Below are positions 11,701 to 24,406 of a stretch of 64,000 nt of DNA, one piece after another. The stretch is from Phoronis australis (Eukaryota > Animalia > Phoronida). How positions within the stretch are numbered: the first letter of the stretch is position 1; each line of letters begins with the position of its first letter. The position numbers and the translations under genes were made by a program. The notes beneath the pieces are model-generated. The model searched no databases. It was not told the origin of the DNA and saw nothing but the letters and a program-made list of their open reading frames with translations. Where the stretch lies: assembly GCA_002633005.1 (NCBI GenBank), contig NMRA01000958.1:5162-69161 (forward strand), written 5' to 3'.

Positions 11701-14700
11701 ATTAGAATAATGCTTTATTTCAAAGTTTTCATTGGTTTGGGAAGATTGATAAAGTTACATCTGCTATATAGTCCAGTCTTCCCAAACCAATGAAAACTTT
11801 GAAATAAAACATTATTCTGATTGCACCACCAACAATATTATTTACCTTATAACTTGTAAAAAATGTTCTATCCAATACGTAGGACAAACTCAACATAATC
11901 TACAAACTCGGTTTCGTAATCATAGATTTAACATAATACATAAAAACATTTCTGATACTATAGGTAATCATTTCAATTCCAAAAACCCTAATATTCAAGA
12001 TCTTTCTGTACAAATAATAGAAAAACTCCAACACCCCAGTACCCCTCACAGACTCAAAAGAGAACAATATTGGATAGACAAACTTAATACAATAGAACCT
12101 CATGGACTGAACATAAAAACCTCTTAAAATATGTCACTGAATTTTTTACGCAAAAATGTATCATATTCATTATACCATATCTTATATGTCAATTGTCATT
12201 TTGTGTTTGATTTTACTTTACTTCTGTTTTTGTTGACAAAGGAAGTTATTACATCTGAAAATTTCAAATTTCAGTTGATCCATTCTTGTTGTTTTATTTA
12301 CCGATTTATATTCAAATTTGAGTAACTTGAAACCAGTTTTATATTTAAGTGATCTAAACCAAGAGTTGTCTTTGTGTCAGGCGGGTTCTTTACATCTCAA
12401 TGTAAGGTTGTCTCCTATATTTCCCAGTCAAAATTACCACTTTAAGCTTTTTTTAAAACAGCAATGTAATATAAGACAGTAGAGACCTGCTCGACTACAC
12501 TACAGATGTCCCCTTGTAGAGCCACAGCTGGTTGAACGTTGTTGCCCAGTTCCTCAGCATGAATATCTACCTGCATTATAACAATAACCTGAATAATGAA
12601 ATCAACTAATACTTTAGGAAATCTTTTCAAGACTATATCTATTTGGGGGATGTAATTGAACTTAATTTGAGAGTTAACTTCAACTGAGAATAGTTAAGTA
12701 ACATTATGCAATATGACAGTTTCCCTTGGTTAATGTCTTATAGCAGTACCTCGTCAGTAAGTGAGTCATTTAGCAACTTCAATGTAACTACAAAACCACA
12801 TGCATATTTTTGACAGTAGAAAGCCTGTAGAATTTAATTTCTTACTTTTAACCAGTATTCCACCATTTGGGTCAGATGGCCATATATTTTTAAAAATTCA
12901 TTAAATGAGGCATATTCAAGTAAAACAATGACATAATAGTATGACCAGTCTTCTCTGATTTGAATAGTGCACAAGGCATCTGCAAGTTTCGTACGAATCT
13001 GATTAGTCATTTCTGAGATGTGATGTTCCAAAGTTTGCAAAATCTCGACATTTTATCAGTACGGTAATAAAATTAATTTTTTGGAGGTAATTTCAAGAAC
13101 AAGGCAATTCGCCAAACCTGTATAATCTTGACATTAGGATCAAAGCGTGGAGGCTTCCCGAAATGAAGTATCCAGTTCAACCGAGCACCAAGAAGCAAAA
13201 TAACATCAGCTTGCAACAAGGCCCTGGAATATTGGACAGTGTATAGTCATACATACAACAAGGCCGTGGAATATTGGACAGTGTATAGTCATACATACAA
13301 CAAGGCCATGGAATAGTGGACATTGTATAGTCATACATACAACAAGGCCGTGGAATATTGGACAGTGTATAGTCATACATACAACAAGGCCATGGAATAG
13401 TGGACATTGTATAGTCATACATACAACAAGGCCATGGAATAGTGGACATTGTATAGTCATACATACAACAAGGCCGTGGAATAGTGGGCATTGTATAGTC
13501 ATACAACAAGGCCCTGGAATATTGGACAGTGTATAGTCATACAACAAGCCGTGGAATAGCGGACAGTGTATAGTCATACAACAAGATGGAAGACTGAATA
13601 CATTATGATTACATAATGACCTAAATAGCCAAATATAAGCTTAAGTTCCTCTTTTCTAACTAGTAACGGGGTTGAGATGAAAGTTTTGATACGGCTGACT
13701 GCAATAATTAGCCAAGGTAGTTTAATGGATTCACCAGCATTTTAATGCAGTTCACAAGAAACAGATAACTCCAATTTAATACAAATGGTTTAGATAAAGC
13801 CTGGATCAAGCCATGATACCCTGTTCAGCACTTTTGGACTCTGTGTTCTGCAATTGGTCACCCCAGTAGAGTAAGCATTGATGACTCTTGAACTTGCTAA
13901 AACAGCTCTGAGCTCGTTGGCTTGCCCAAACTTAAAATGTTAAGCAAAATATAAGGTGAGAGAGGATAAACTTTGTTGCAGCCGTGTCTCCACAGCAACT
14001 CTACAACAGAAATTTGCTTTTGGTCATAAAACGTAGACATGAATGATTGGTCAAGGACACCCTCGTTTTGGATACCCTATTTTGTAAATCCTGTATTAAC
14101 CATTAAACAGACCTTGACCTTGCTGGGGAAACACACTGTGGATGGTCATCTGGCAGCACACCTTTTCCCATGGGACTTGGTAAAAATGGAAGGTTTGTCA
14201 ACTCCAACAGCCGTTTGATGGGTTCTTCAGCACGACCATATCCAGCTCCTGAAGAAAATACACAATACAGACCACTACTTCATAATTCTATAGTAAAGTA
14301 AATACCATTCATACAATATGATGCACACCACTGCTTCATAATTGTATAATAAAGTCAGTAACACTCATATCATATGATACAGAGCACTATTTTATATTTT
14401 GTAATAAAGTAAGTGTCACTCATATTACACAAAGCACTGCTTCATAATCCTACAAGAGCAAGGCAGAGTGTTGAAATGCGTCTACGAATGCACTGCATAC
14501 AGTGTGCTTTTGTGGGTGTTTATTTGTATCATAAAAATGGCCAAAATATGTCGAATCCATCCGAAAATTGGTATACATCATCAAAGCTATTTTCAGAATT
14601 TCCTACAAATCTGCCAAGGAACTTCTGAGAAACTGAGGAAAATGGGAAAAAATGAAATTGCCGCAAGGAGACTATGGGCGCAAAAAACATAACTGCCACT

Positions 14701-17700
14701 AGGAGGTGCCACAGTAGTTGAATTTGTCGGAAAACCATTGTCAACCGTCCTATTCAAACTAAGAACATATAGTGTAGTGTTACCTTTTCCAATAATAACT
14801 AAAGGGCATTTTGTGCTGGAGCTCTTCAGTAAGTTGACTGCAGCCTGGACATCGCAGGGGTGGGCCAGCACTCGAGGGGCCTCAGGACACAGGCTTGGGA
14901 ACCTGTCATGGAGCATATGCATGTAAGGAATGAAATACTGAGACTAACAGTGTCAATAGAGTCAATTTTGGTTTTCATCTAAAAAAACTAGTCACCAGTT
15001 GTCTGCGAAGCGTTGGAGTGATTGACAACTGCAGTATCACATGATTAGAGTGACTGACAACTACAGCATCACATTATGATTTGGGTTACATACAAATATT
15101 TGAAAATGTGTACGATACCAAAAATAACATTGCCAATTCCACACAGACACTTGTTCGATTCTAAAACCACCTTTCATATGTTATAATTCTGCAAAGTATA
15201 ATCCACAACACAATAACAGTTAATTACGTAGACCTTACTGCACAAGTGTTGAATCGATGGTGGCTTGAATCATATCTCCAGGTAAGTCTATGTAGCTGGC
15301 CCCTGGACGACCATAGAGACAATGGCGCACTGCCTTCTCAACATAAAATGGAATCCGATCAACACTACTGGGACGAGCAGCGTATTTTGAAAACATTCTG
15401 AAACAAGACACAATGGAAACAATCAAAGTTGCTATTTCTTCAAAAATTCCATTAGCAAATTGAAATGCCTGTACATCATGTAAGATTGAACCTGAATAGG
15501 CAGTTCAGACAAAATGTCCAAGCTGACAAGATAAGTTGTGTATAAGATAAACAGATGTTGAGCACAGTGCCCTTCATGAATAGTTTGTGGTAAAGATGCA
15601 ACAAATCATCACAACAGCCAAGAACCTGTCAGAAACTGCCCCCCTAAGCCCTTCAGTCTCTAGATGTCTGAGTGTTGTCTGTTTGACAAACTATTGGTAA
15701 ACTGGACTGCTAATAACTATACCCACAAAAAATGTGTGCTTCAAAATTCCTCACCTGCTGACTGTCAGATAACACCGTCATGTTCTTAACTAGCTGCATT
15801 CACAGGTACTTAATACACAAAAATAACAAATGAGGATGGAGAAATGGTACTTCTTCGTCATCATAAAGTTCTTGAAAGAGCTTTTGCGATCCGGTGTTCT
15901 TGAAAGTTTTTACAACTTCATCACATGACATGTTCTGGTTGTAAACTATTATTAATAATGGACTTCAAATTGTACCTCTACTGTACTTTCAAATAAGTGT
16001 ATCATTTTCTCAAGCCTTCAGCCTAGATAATCTTTAAGATCAATCCTGAGTGCGTACAGATAAAAATTGAGTACCTAGCTGCCTCAACCTGTGGGTATTC
16101 TTGAAATGCTCCCATGCCTTCTTGGTTTGTATCACTCGAGCCACCAATGACAATCAAAGGCCTGTCCAACAGAATCAACAAGATTTAACAGCAGTAACAT
16201 TTGGGATATTAAGTCTGATGTTGTGAGTCTCAAAACATTTAGACATGCAGTCATTAGTATTGCACTGAACACTCAGTGAAATACCACAAACCACTGTCAT
16301 GAACACCGAGGAAGTTTGAAACCAACAATTTTGTTATTCATAAAATGAGGTAAACGATTGCCTTCTCATTCATGACATCTTCAAAACACTAAACCTAACC
16401 TTCTATTCTTTTTTATAATACCACCATTAAATCTTTGCCATAAATATAATTCATGACTATAATAATAATTCAACCTTACCAACAGTTCTCCATGGCATTC
16501 GACATACCAGAGAAGGCGTGAACCAATCCTGGACCTGACACCACCAAACACACAGCAGGCCTACAAATAATAAAGTAAAGTTTTACAAAATTTTTACTGT
16601 GCAAATAATCAAAATTTATCACACAACATGACCTGCAATTCCCAACCAAAAAGACAGCACAAATGTAAATCTCTGTCATGATAAATGGGTGAAAGTGGAG
16701 TGGACGATCACCTGGAGTGACGAGCCATGTCATGATAGTCATACCCCGTCATGATGAGCCACTAGCAATCATATTGGGTGATTATGGCAACATGGAATTT
16801 AGTCCAATTATTTTTGACAAGCTTTACAGTACTCTGAGACAACAAATTAGTAAATTTAAAATGACAAATCCAATGACCATAACACCAATACGAGAAAGAA
16901 GATTCAACATTCTAATGAAATGTTTTCAAAGTATTTTGATAATATAGTACTATAGTTTTAAAGGAGAAAATTGACATTCACTATTTTCTATGCCTGTCAA
17001 CAGCTTCTTCTTCCCCACTCTTCATCTTTCTACATGTAGCCTGCACTTATAAGTGTTCACTCACCGTTTTGTGAGGTAACCTATGGCAGATGCAGCATAG
17101 GATGCCTAGGAAGAAACACACAGATGTAATGTGTAGCCAAAGAACACTAAAGTAATTGTAAACTCTTAGGCTAAACTTCGTTTTTCCCCATTAGCTTAAG
17201 CTATAAGTTGTGCCATTTCCACTGGAATGCTAAAACAACCAATGAAGAAGTTTTAAAACGTATTTACCAAATTCTTCTGACAGTTACCGTCAATAGGACA
17301 AGATTCATTCTTTAACTAATTTACGAGATCGGTTTTGCAAATTTATGGCTGTTTAACCAAGAACAGGGTTCTTGATCACCTTAGAAGAAAGGTGCCAGTG
17401 CCTTCTGATTGGGGAGATTTTTTCTGTAAGGGGGATACCCCGGTCATCCATGTCTTCCGCCATTACGTCATCCCCCCATAAAGCCAACACTTAAGTGTGT
17501 GTGTCATGTGCACATTAAAACAAGTTGTAGAAACTACATGATTGATATCATTTGGTGAAAGGTGTCTGGAGGTGAACAAGTACACTCTGATCATGCTCCA
17601 ATGAAAAAAAAAAATCTTTTAAAATTAATCAAAACTCTATGTAACTGACTCGTCTTTTTGTCAAATGGAAGACATACAAGCCTACGACACTACTTGTGAA

Positions 17701-19898
17701 CATTTGCACATACCATTCTGAAGTCTAACATCTGCACGATTCCCCAAAGGATGAGATTTTTATCAAATTTTTGACCTAGTGGGGGAAATTTCATATGATT
17801 GTGAATGGCTTTTCACAATGAAAAGTGGTCAATTATTAGCCCTAAAACTGAAGCATCAAAATCCTTTTAAATGAATGTGTAAAAAGACACAGAAAAATTC
17901 TGGTTACAATTGACTTCGATATTATCGCAAAAGACCAATAAGGCATAATAAAAACAAAAATTATGAAGTAACATTACTTTAACATTTGACTACCTGAAAA
18001 ATCAACTTACTGCTTGTTCATTCCTCATGCCAATGTATTTGATGCCCGCACTTTGTGCAGCCATGGCGACCTCAATCACTGGTATGCCGACAATTCCAAA
18101 CATATATTCCACACCCTGAAGAAGGCAGTTTCCTTTTGTGTCATAAGCGTGTACACAGTTAGTTTAATTTGAATACAAGTGTCATTTATAGTGAAGTAAA
18201 AGCCTGTAGTTTTCACCTTGCAATTTTATAGTGAATACAAGCAGCACACTGCACAACATACAGTAGTCTACAGTGCAACAGTTAGAAAATTGTGGGTTTG
18301 TCGCGTAAAGTCACGATGTCAATAACTCTACACTTAGCCGCGCATCCGTAACTCATTGGTAATTTCTGTACCATCCTTGACCTCGAACCGTCAAAGTGTG
18401 AGGTGTGTCTGGGCTTTTTGGGAACGTTTTCATGATTTGACTGCAAATTTCTTGTGAATTCGCTGGAGCAGGACACCGTGAATGGTATTATGAGAAAGAC
18501 CAATTGCTCGTGGTTTGCTGAACACGTTTTGTGCACATTTATTGAGTTATGTGTTTGGTATGGACAGCTGAATCGCAGCACCTGTGGAATTTCTAGTCCC
18601 GGGTGTCATACCTTGTAGAATTATGTCAGAATATAGACTGACACTGTTTTTATTTGTATTGTTTTGTTTTGTTGTTCTGTTTTATTGGCATGACCCCTGA
18701 GTTAAGTACAGTGATGATGTAATTTGTTTACTACAGAATACAGAATAGTATGGAACTTTCAGGAAGACTGGGGTCAGTACAATGATGATGTCATTTGTTT
18801 ACTACAGTATAAAGTGGAACTTTCTAGAAGACTCTAGCATGACAGTGATTGATGTAGTCTGGAATATTCTAGAGACTAGTACATGTTTGTAGAATGGCTG
18901 GGTAGATTCCAGAAAGTTCTGGCATGTGCTTGAATTGATGAAAAGTTCTAGAACAAAGCATTAAGCTATAAATACACAAGCACGGGTTTGTATTAGTCAG
19001 TTCAAGGCAGTTCAAGAAAGTTAATCAGACAGTTAATCAGAAGAATTACAGTAGAGTTGCAGTGAAGAGAATCATCAGTTACAGCGAGAGTCAATAGAGA
19101 GCCAGCTATAGAGACAGCAGGTTATTGAATCAATGAGTGTAACAGTTGCTGGAAGAGTCTCAGAAGTTCATCACAAGTCAAGGCTTCGCAGGACTGGCTG
19201 GAGCATCATAAAACAGACATTACGTCGGACGTTTTGTTTGAGTAGGGTTGTGAACGTACAGTCGGGATTAATAAAGGATTAATTCGAATCAGTCTTCAGT
19301 CAATCGTCGCACTGAAAGATATTAGCACCAGTTTGTAACAACCTGCGCCCACCCACACACGGGGAAAAACGTGACATATAAAATATGTAGTATATTGGGG
19401 ACGATCAGAATCTGGGGACACCTGTGGCTAGAGCAGGACACCGTGAATGATAGTAGAAGACAGAACAATTGGTAACGGTTTGTTGAAACCCTGTTTTGCA
19501 TAAATTTATTGAGTTTTGTGTTTGGTATGGATGGCTGAAGCAAAGCACCCGTGGAATTCCTGGTCCCAAGTGTCATACCTTGTAGTATATAAATAGTGTA
19601 TTGGAGATGATTAGAAGCTGAGGATGCCTGTGGTACTGAGGGTAACTGAGGCTGAGCCCGAGGCGCAGAGACAGCCTCACAGATAGCCAGCCAGCAAGCT
19701 GTATGAAGACTGTCGTCAAAATACAGCTAGGTACCACTGTTTGTATTTCTTCCATTGACATCAAAATTGCACACAGCCAGGGTAGTTCTGCTTGTCACCT
19801 CGCCGTCAAACTTGTATCAAGATGTAAAGTTAAAGACCGGACGGGTTGCATGCAAAATCTGGGAATCAACCGACACTCACCTTGCCCGTTGCAGCCAT
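5716..19898 (-). CDS. HACL1: 2-hydroxyacyl-CoA lyase 1 (TPP-dependent, peroxisomal), multi-exon gene
   Basis: Exons with GT-AG borders and consistent phases: 19881-19898 (probable first exon, MAATGK|gtgagt), 18011-18115 ([20 protein letters not shown]), 17065-17105 ([14 protein letters not shown]), 16480-16560 ([11 protein letters not shown]), 16075-16161 ([10 protein letters not shown]), 15239-15397 ([14 protein letters not shown]), 14784-14902, 14113-14248 ([10 protein letters not shown]), 13118-13223 ([11 protein letters not shown]), 12487-12570, 10743-10850, 8441-8494, 8015-8115 ([11 protein letters not shown]), 6851-7009 ([25 protein letters not shown]), 6630-6737 (VVNNNGIG), 5716-5938 (..[10 protein letters not shown]). 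TPP-binding GDSA..NN motif present; ends in PTS1 -SKL. The N-terminal exon is less certain than the rest. Confidence 0.93.
6285..6520. repeat. Minisatellite, 37-bp unit, about 6 copies
   Basis: Unit ATGAATGTTTGAGTTCATCAAGTCTTATTAATATCAT. Confidence 0.9.
7292..7756. repeat. Minisatellite, 15-bp unit, 31 copies
   Basis: GCATGGCTATACA(A/G)T; the source of the spurious periodic ORFs at 7094-7788. Confidence 0.97.
8495..8980. repeat. Diverged minisatellite, about 53-bp unit, about 9 copies, starting at a HACL1 acceptor
   Basis: Unit approximately AATATACAGGGCAGTGGTAxTAAACATGTAAATGTCTGAGACAATxTACCxAA; the first unit begins at the acceptor of exon 8441-8494. Confidence 0.85.
9146..10497. mobile_element. 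Non-autonomous foldback/TIR element with modular (ACGACCC-type) TIRs
   Basis: Left TGGATTGTTCTAAAACCC..CGACCC-rich versus right GGGTCG-rich..GGGTTTTAGAAAAATCCCG; TTAAAA directly flanks both ends; superfamily undetermined. Confidence 0.6.
11205..12313. mobile_element. Penelope-like retroelement 3' ends (GIY-YIG endonuclease) arranged as a ~550-bp-arm palindrome
   Basis: 11205-11745 is the reverse complement of about 11777-12313. Plus-strand 11777-12127 is an open ATG-less frame: [57 protein letters not shown], the GIY-YIG domain of Penelope-like elements. Confidence 0.88.
13214..13583. repeat. Minisatellite, 42-bp unit (38 bp in distal copies), about 9 copies, containing a HACL1 3' splice site
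   Basis: Unit CAACAAGGCC(C/G/A)TGGAATAxTGGACAxTGTATAGTCATACATA; the first unit overlaps 10 nt of exon 13118-13223. Confidence 0.93.
14452..14770 (+). mobile_element. HINE (Helentron-associated) family fragment
   Basis: Begins ACAAGAGCAAGGCAGAGTGTTGAAATGCG, like the copies at 42228, 49424 and 53627; contains GCCACTAGGAGG. Confidence 0.7.
18624..19376 (+). mobile_element. Solo LTR nested in a dispersed repeat
   Basis: TGTCAG...GTGACA termini, TATAAATA at about 18967, AATAAA at about 19270. It interrupts a repeat that is uninterrupted at 19570-19625 and 20395-20450. Near-TSD atta/tata. Confidence 0.7.
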
Positions 19899-19949
19899 TT
19901 AAGTGAAAAACAATGCAATAAACGTCATTTTCTTGCCTAACTCTCCGCC

Positions 19950-20050
19950 TTTTATAACAATGAAAAGTACATTGTCGTTTTGAAAACAGTACGCTCGTGT
20001 TGCGCGCATGCGCCATTTCCTAAATTTTTGCGACATCTCTCGGGAGATGA
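19950..20050 (-). promoter_or_regulatory. Probable HACL1 promoter (NRF1-type GCGCATGCGC, YY1-type GCCATTT, TCTCG(G)GAGA)
   Basis: GCGCATGCGC at 20004-20013, overlapping GCCATTT, and TCTCGGGAGA at 20038-20047, about 100 bp upstream of the ATG exon at 19881-19898; locally CpG-rich. Confidence 0.55.
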
Positions 20051-23000
20051 TGATAGCTTGGCAGCAGCAAAATTTCTTCTGAAATTTGTTTTTTCAGTAT
20101 CAAAATTCTAAGAACTTATAATGAAGTGAAACAGACGGCGAAAAAAGAAACTGGCCAATAGGTGTCGCAATATTTCATGGCGCCAAAAGCCATCGCTAAA
20201 GATAGCTCCACAACTTTAGCAGCAGAATAACGGTAGAAAGCCATTTTTTCCAATGTAGTTAAATAATTTAGTTTACTCAAGGAAGACTAGTTTTTAATGA
20301 CACTAATTTTATGTCAGATTTTATTTTACCCCCTTTTTACCCACATCGGTGCAAAGCTGTATATTTAGTATACAGCTTTGTAGTACAGGTGTCATCAGCT
20401 TCTGATCGTCCCCAATACACTCTATATAATACTACAAGGTATGACACTCCGGACTAGAAATTCCACGGGCGCTTCACTTCAGCTGTCCATAGCAAACACA
20501 AAATTCAATAAATTTACACAAAACAGAATTTCAACAAACCACGAGGAATTTTTATTTCTCCCAATACCATTTACGGTGTCCTGCTCCACCGAGTTCGCAA
20601 GAACTTCGCGGTCAAAGCACAAAAATCTTCCCAAAACGCCCACGCATTGAGCTTTGTACTACTGCTAGTCCAACTCCAAGGCTACACTCCGAAACCCTAT
20701 AGTCGTCCGCCTAAGCATAAAACCGGCTTGTTGTCTTACTCACCCAATTATTCCACTTCAAAGTTATGATCTGAATAGGACTTGATTTAACTCTCACAAA
20801 TATATAGTATTCGTTGATTCAAACGTTTTCTTTTACTTAAGCCGAGTTGTTCAACTGTGCATTGCTTTTCGGCAGCCATTTTATAATGACACCTATGGTC
20901 GTCATGTGCTGCCGCCTTTTGAAAGGACAGAAAACCACACAGAAAAAGGCCAAGAAAATAGTGGAAANAATTTTGGGCTACAAAATGTAGAACAACCTTC
21001 CTGGGTGCTTCTCTACAGTAGACACGCGGAGAGTGAAGCGCTAACTGGTCCATAAGCGCTGACCTATTTTACGCAGAGAACCTGGCGGATGACCTAGTTT
21101 ACGAATTGCTGGTAATGTGCGAGTCGAACACTAACCCCAACCCCCAACCCCCCGCCCCCCTACTTTCTATTTGTCGAATATTGGGCAAAAACTGAAGGTC
21201 CGCCTCTGCAAAACAAAAAGTCTGAGTAAACGAGACAAAAGTACACAAAGTCCACAGGAATTCTGCGCGGATGCACAATTCGATCGCAGGCCTGAACGTT
21301 TTTTTCTTTTAGTCCTCGTTGATTTTTGTCAGCGGAGTAACTTGAAGGTCCGCATATCGAAAAATTCGAGCCCCCTATATTTTAGGCTGGGTGTGCGCAT
21401 GAATTTGATGACTGCATTGTCCGGCTCGAGTAAATGAGACATAACTAAGAGTAATCACTACCCGACCAATAGTACCGTAACCATCTCTGCCTGTATACAT
21501 ATACACTGGCGAATTTTCAAAATGCATTAACCAGAATTTTCGTGAAAAACGTACGAACACCACGGCGCTAAACAGCTGGAAAAACAACCAAGTAGGCCTA
21601 TGGTTTTCGATTTTTAAAAATCAATGAATAAAAAAGCTAAAAACCACAAACATTGGGTAATACGATTGAAGATAAACGACCATGCGTATTGATATAGGCC
21701 TACTAGCTAGGTGATCAGAGTTAACAATATTCTTTTTTAAAATAATAATTAAATATCCTTTCAATCTCGTTTAATCAGATTTTTACAAGAAAACAGTTGT
21801 ACTTTTAACTTGCGCCCAATCTTCATTTTTTAGGGCAGACAATGAAAAAGCTAGAATAGTTATGCAGTCAGTGCACCTGAGTGTCCAGAGATTAAACATC
21901 TTCAGTTTGGCTATCACAATATATTTGCACTTTTGTATAATTTTATGATTTGGGTTCCAATAAAGATTATTTTTGATCTAATGGCAGGTGTAATTTTGAT
22001 TGCCGTGAAATGTTTAGTGTAACAGTAATCTGGAAAGCTCAGGGATGAGTCCCCAATAAGTAAATTAATTAAGTTTCGCTGGCGATAAAATCTACCACTG
22101 TTCTGGTACTAAGTTTAAGAATAGAATAAAACGATATCAAACCCATTCTGGTTACGAAAGACCAACTAGAGATGAGTACTACAAATGAAATAACAAAAAC
22201 CGGTATGAAGCATATTTAAAACCATTGTTCCTTTCGAAAGAGGCCCTTTTTAAGTCATTTTGTTATATTTAAAATGTTCCAAGCTTTTAAACTACTCTCC
22301 ACAGTTGACTGCAAATGCCATAGAAAACCAATTTGGGTTTACTAACAACCACCATTAGAGCTAGCTTTTACCTTTCCACTTCATTAGCTCAGATCTACAT
22401 CAATACAAAGGGCGAGCTGAATAGACATCCTAAAAGTTGTCTGGGGCTAAGGAATCTGAGCAGCGACCAGTGTAAGCGAGAAATTCTCCACATGGACCTT
22501 ATTCTGCTGTTTGATTGTCGGGGTTGAGATCCACAATTAATTCTTGATGCTGTCTGCTCATTTATTTTGATTTGTTCAGCACTTTATATCGTCACATGAG
22601 TTTGCTCAATGAGATAAACATAGCAGCTCATTGAGTTTGTTCTGCTGTGCAAAGAAGGTGAAGTATCGCCGCTAGGTAAATTGTGAATACTTTTAATCGT
22701 TGTTACCATAAGCGCCAGTCCGCCAGATGGCGTTGCGCTGTAATTTTATGCAATTTGAATATTAATTGACATGAAATGAACAAGTAGTGTGTTTCCTTGA
22801 ATTTCTTCTCCTTTATTTTGCACTAAATTAGACGTCCAGTAGTCGTCAATTCCAGTACGGGACATACACACGACAGCGACCCATCATCGGAATCGCGTTC
22901 ACACTTTCCGGCCTGTCAAGAATTCAGTAGGCCGGGAAAAGATCTGATCATCTCTACACATTCAATATCTGTCACGCAAGTCTTCTCGAGATATTGGTAT

Positions 23001-23323
23001 GTTTTCCAAGTAAATCACGTGGTCACACTAACTTCCTTCGCGAGATTCTCGCGTCTACGTAAGTCAACTCATTTCAGTAGGATTATATTTTTCTGCTATA
23101 TCAACAGCTATCCTTTTGTGTAGACGGCACGATAGTGCACCTTTTTACAGCTTAAAAATTAAAGGCATTAGTTGCCAATGTTGAATTCTAACCCTTACAA
23201 AAATTAACTCGATTTTTCGTTCACAACGTTTGTATGACGAAAAACGAAATTTTTGGAAGATAGGGACATAATGGATTTTACGGATGGAAACGGCGTTTTA
23301 GGGGTGGAATAGACATTTACCAG

Positions 23324-23465
23324 GGCCCAGTTGTATAAAAGTCATACGCAATATAGCAACAACTACGTCGCATTATCACGCGTCACGTCGTTATTATTGA
23401 ACAATGTACCTGACGTCATGCAAGAATCATACTTATCCAGCAGATACGTTCCATGCAACCCAGCC
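23324..23465 (+). mobile_element. PIF/Harbinger-type MITE (CAG TSD)
   Basis: GGCCCAGTTG...CAACCCAGCC flanked by CAG/CAG; homologous to 41568-41717; carries TGACGTCA. Confidence 0.75.
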
Positions 23466-24406
23466 CAGGAGTGTGTTTTTGTGGATATTTAACAAGTCGC
23501 CAATTCTCGCCGCTGTCTCCCAATCATTCGCTGAAATCAATGGCGGTCTTTGATTCAGCTTCGCCAGCGGAGCTTTAGACAGCAACCGCGATTGGTTCGA
23601 GTTTCGATTGTTTCAACAATATCGTGACCCCAATTTGATAGTTTGAATTAGTCATGCTTGTTTTAACATGCAAGTCTAAAAACAACCCTTTTTACGCAGA
23701 TTCAATTTTCTGTTCGTGAAAGCCAACGCCTCAGTCATGACGTACATGTATATTGGAGTTCATCAGTTGCTCTGTGATGACGAGAACGATTGGGAAACGG
23801 TGGCAATGATGACGACGCCTATTGCGTTGCATTGTTGAAACGTTTTCCACTTGATTATACTCAATATTTAACGTTTAAAACACGAATATTTCATTTGAAT
23901 GATATTTATTGTATAAAATTTGAAAATAATAGACTTATGAGTCCATTCTCTCATTCACTCCGAAAAACAGCGGTGATGGTTCTCAACATCGATTACACTT
24001 TCCAATCACAGCCTCGGCCTTTAACCGTCTTCAGGTGATCATCTTTGAAATCCTTCAGTCTTCTTTATGATTGGCAGCATGCTTTGTGGCCGGCTTTTTG
24101 TGTCATCCGACCGGCACAGCAATCCTAGAAAGAGGAAGGTGTGTATCGCTTCTTTGTAAATGGCAGGAGTTTTTTCTCGCAAGGCATGACAAACGTCGAT
24201 AATGCTAACTCCAAACAAATAAACATCCGTGAGCACAGATGTTAACTCCCCGTCGCGAACCTCGATCGGGTGCCAGGTGCTCACATGAGTTGCTGTCGTA
24301 TCTGAAGAGATATCAGTCAGTAGTTGCTTGTAGGCCTACTACCTAAAGACACGATAACGTCTTTGGCATTAGTAAAACAACCACTGCGCCTAGCATCGTT
24401 TACAAG

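Larger units (their letters stand above)
18405..20648. repeat. Three copies of a ~250-bp dispersed repeat (18405-18623 plus 19377-19425; 19430-19635; inverted copy 20390-20648)
   Basis: Shared GAGCAGGACACCGT.AAT..TGTGTTTGGTATGGA.AGCTGAA..GTGGAATT.CT.GTCC..GTGTCATACCTTGTAG. Confidence 0.8.

Noticed and set aside
20787-20880. MAAEKQCTVEQLG.. as HACL1 exon 1
   Set aside because: It hits a stop before the donor at about 20753 and has no HACL1 similarity; at most a 5' UTR exon or uORF.
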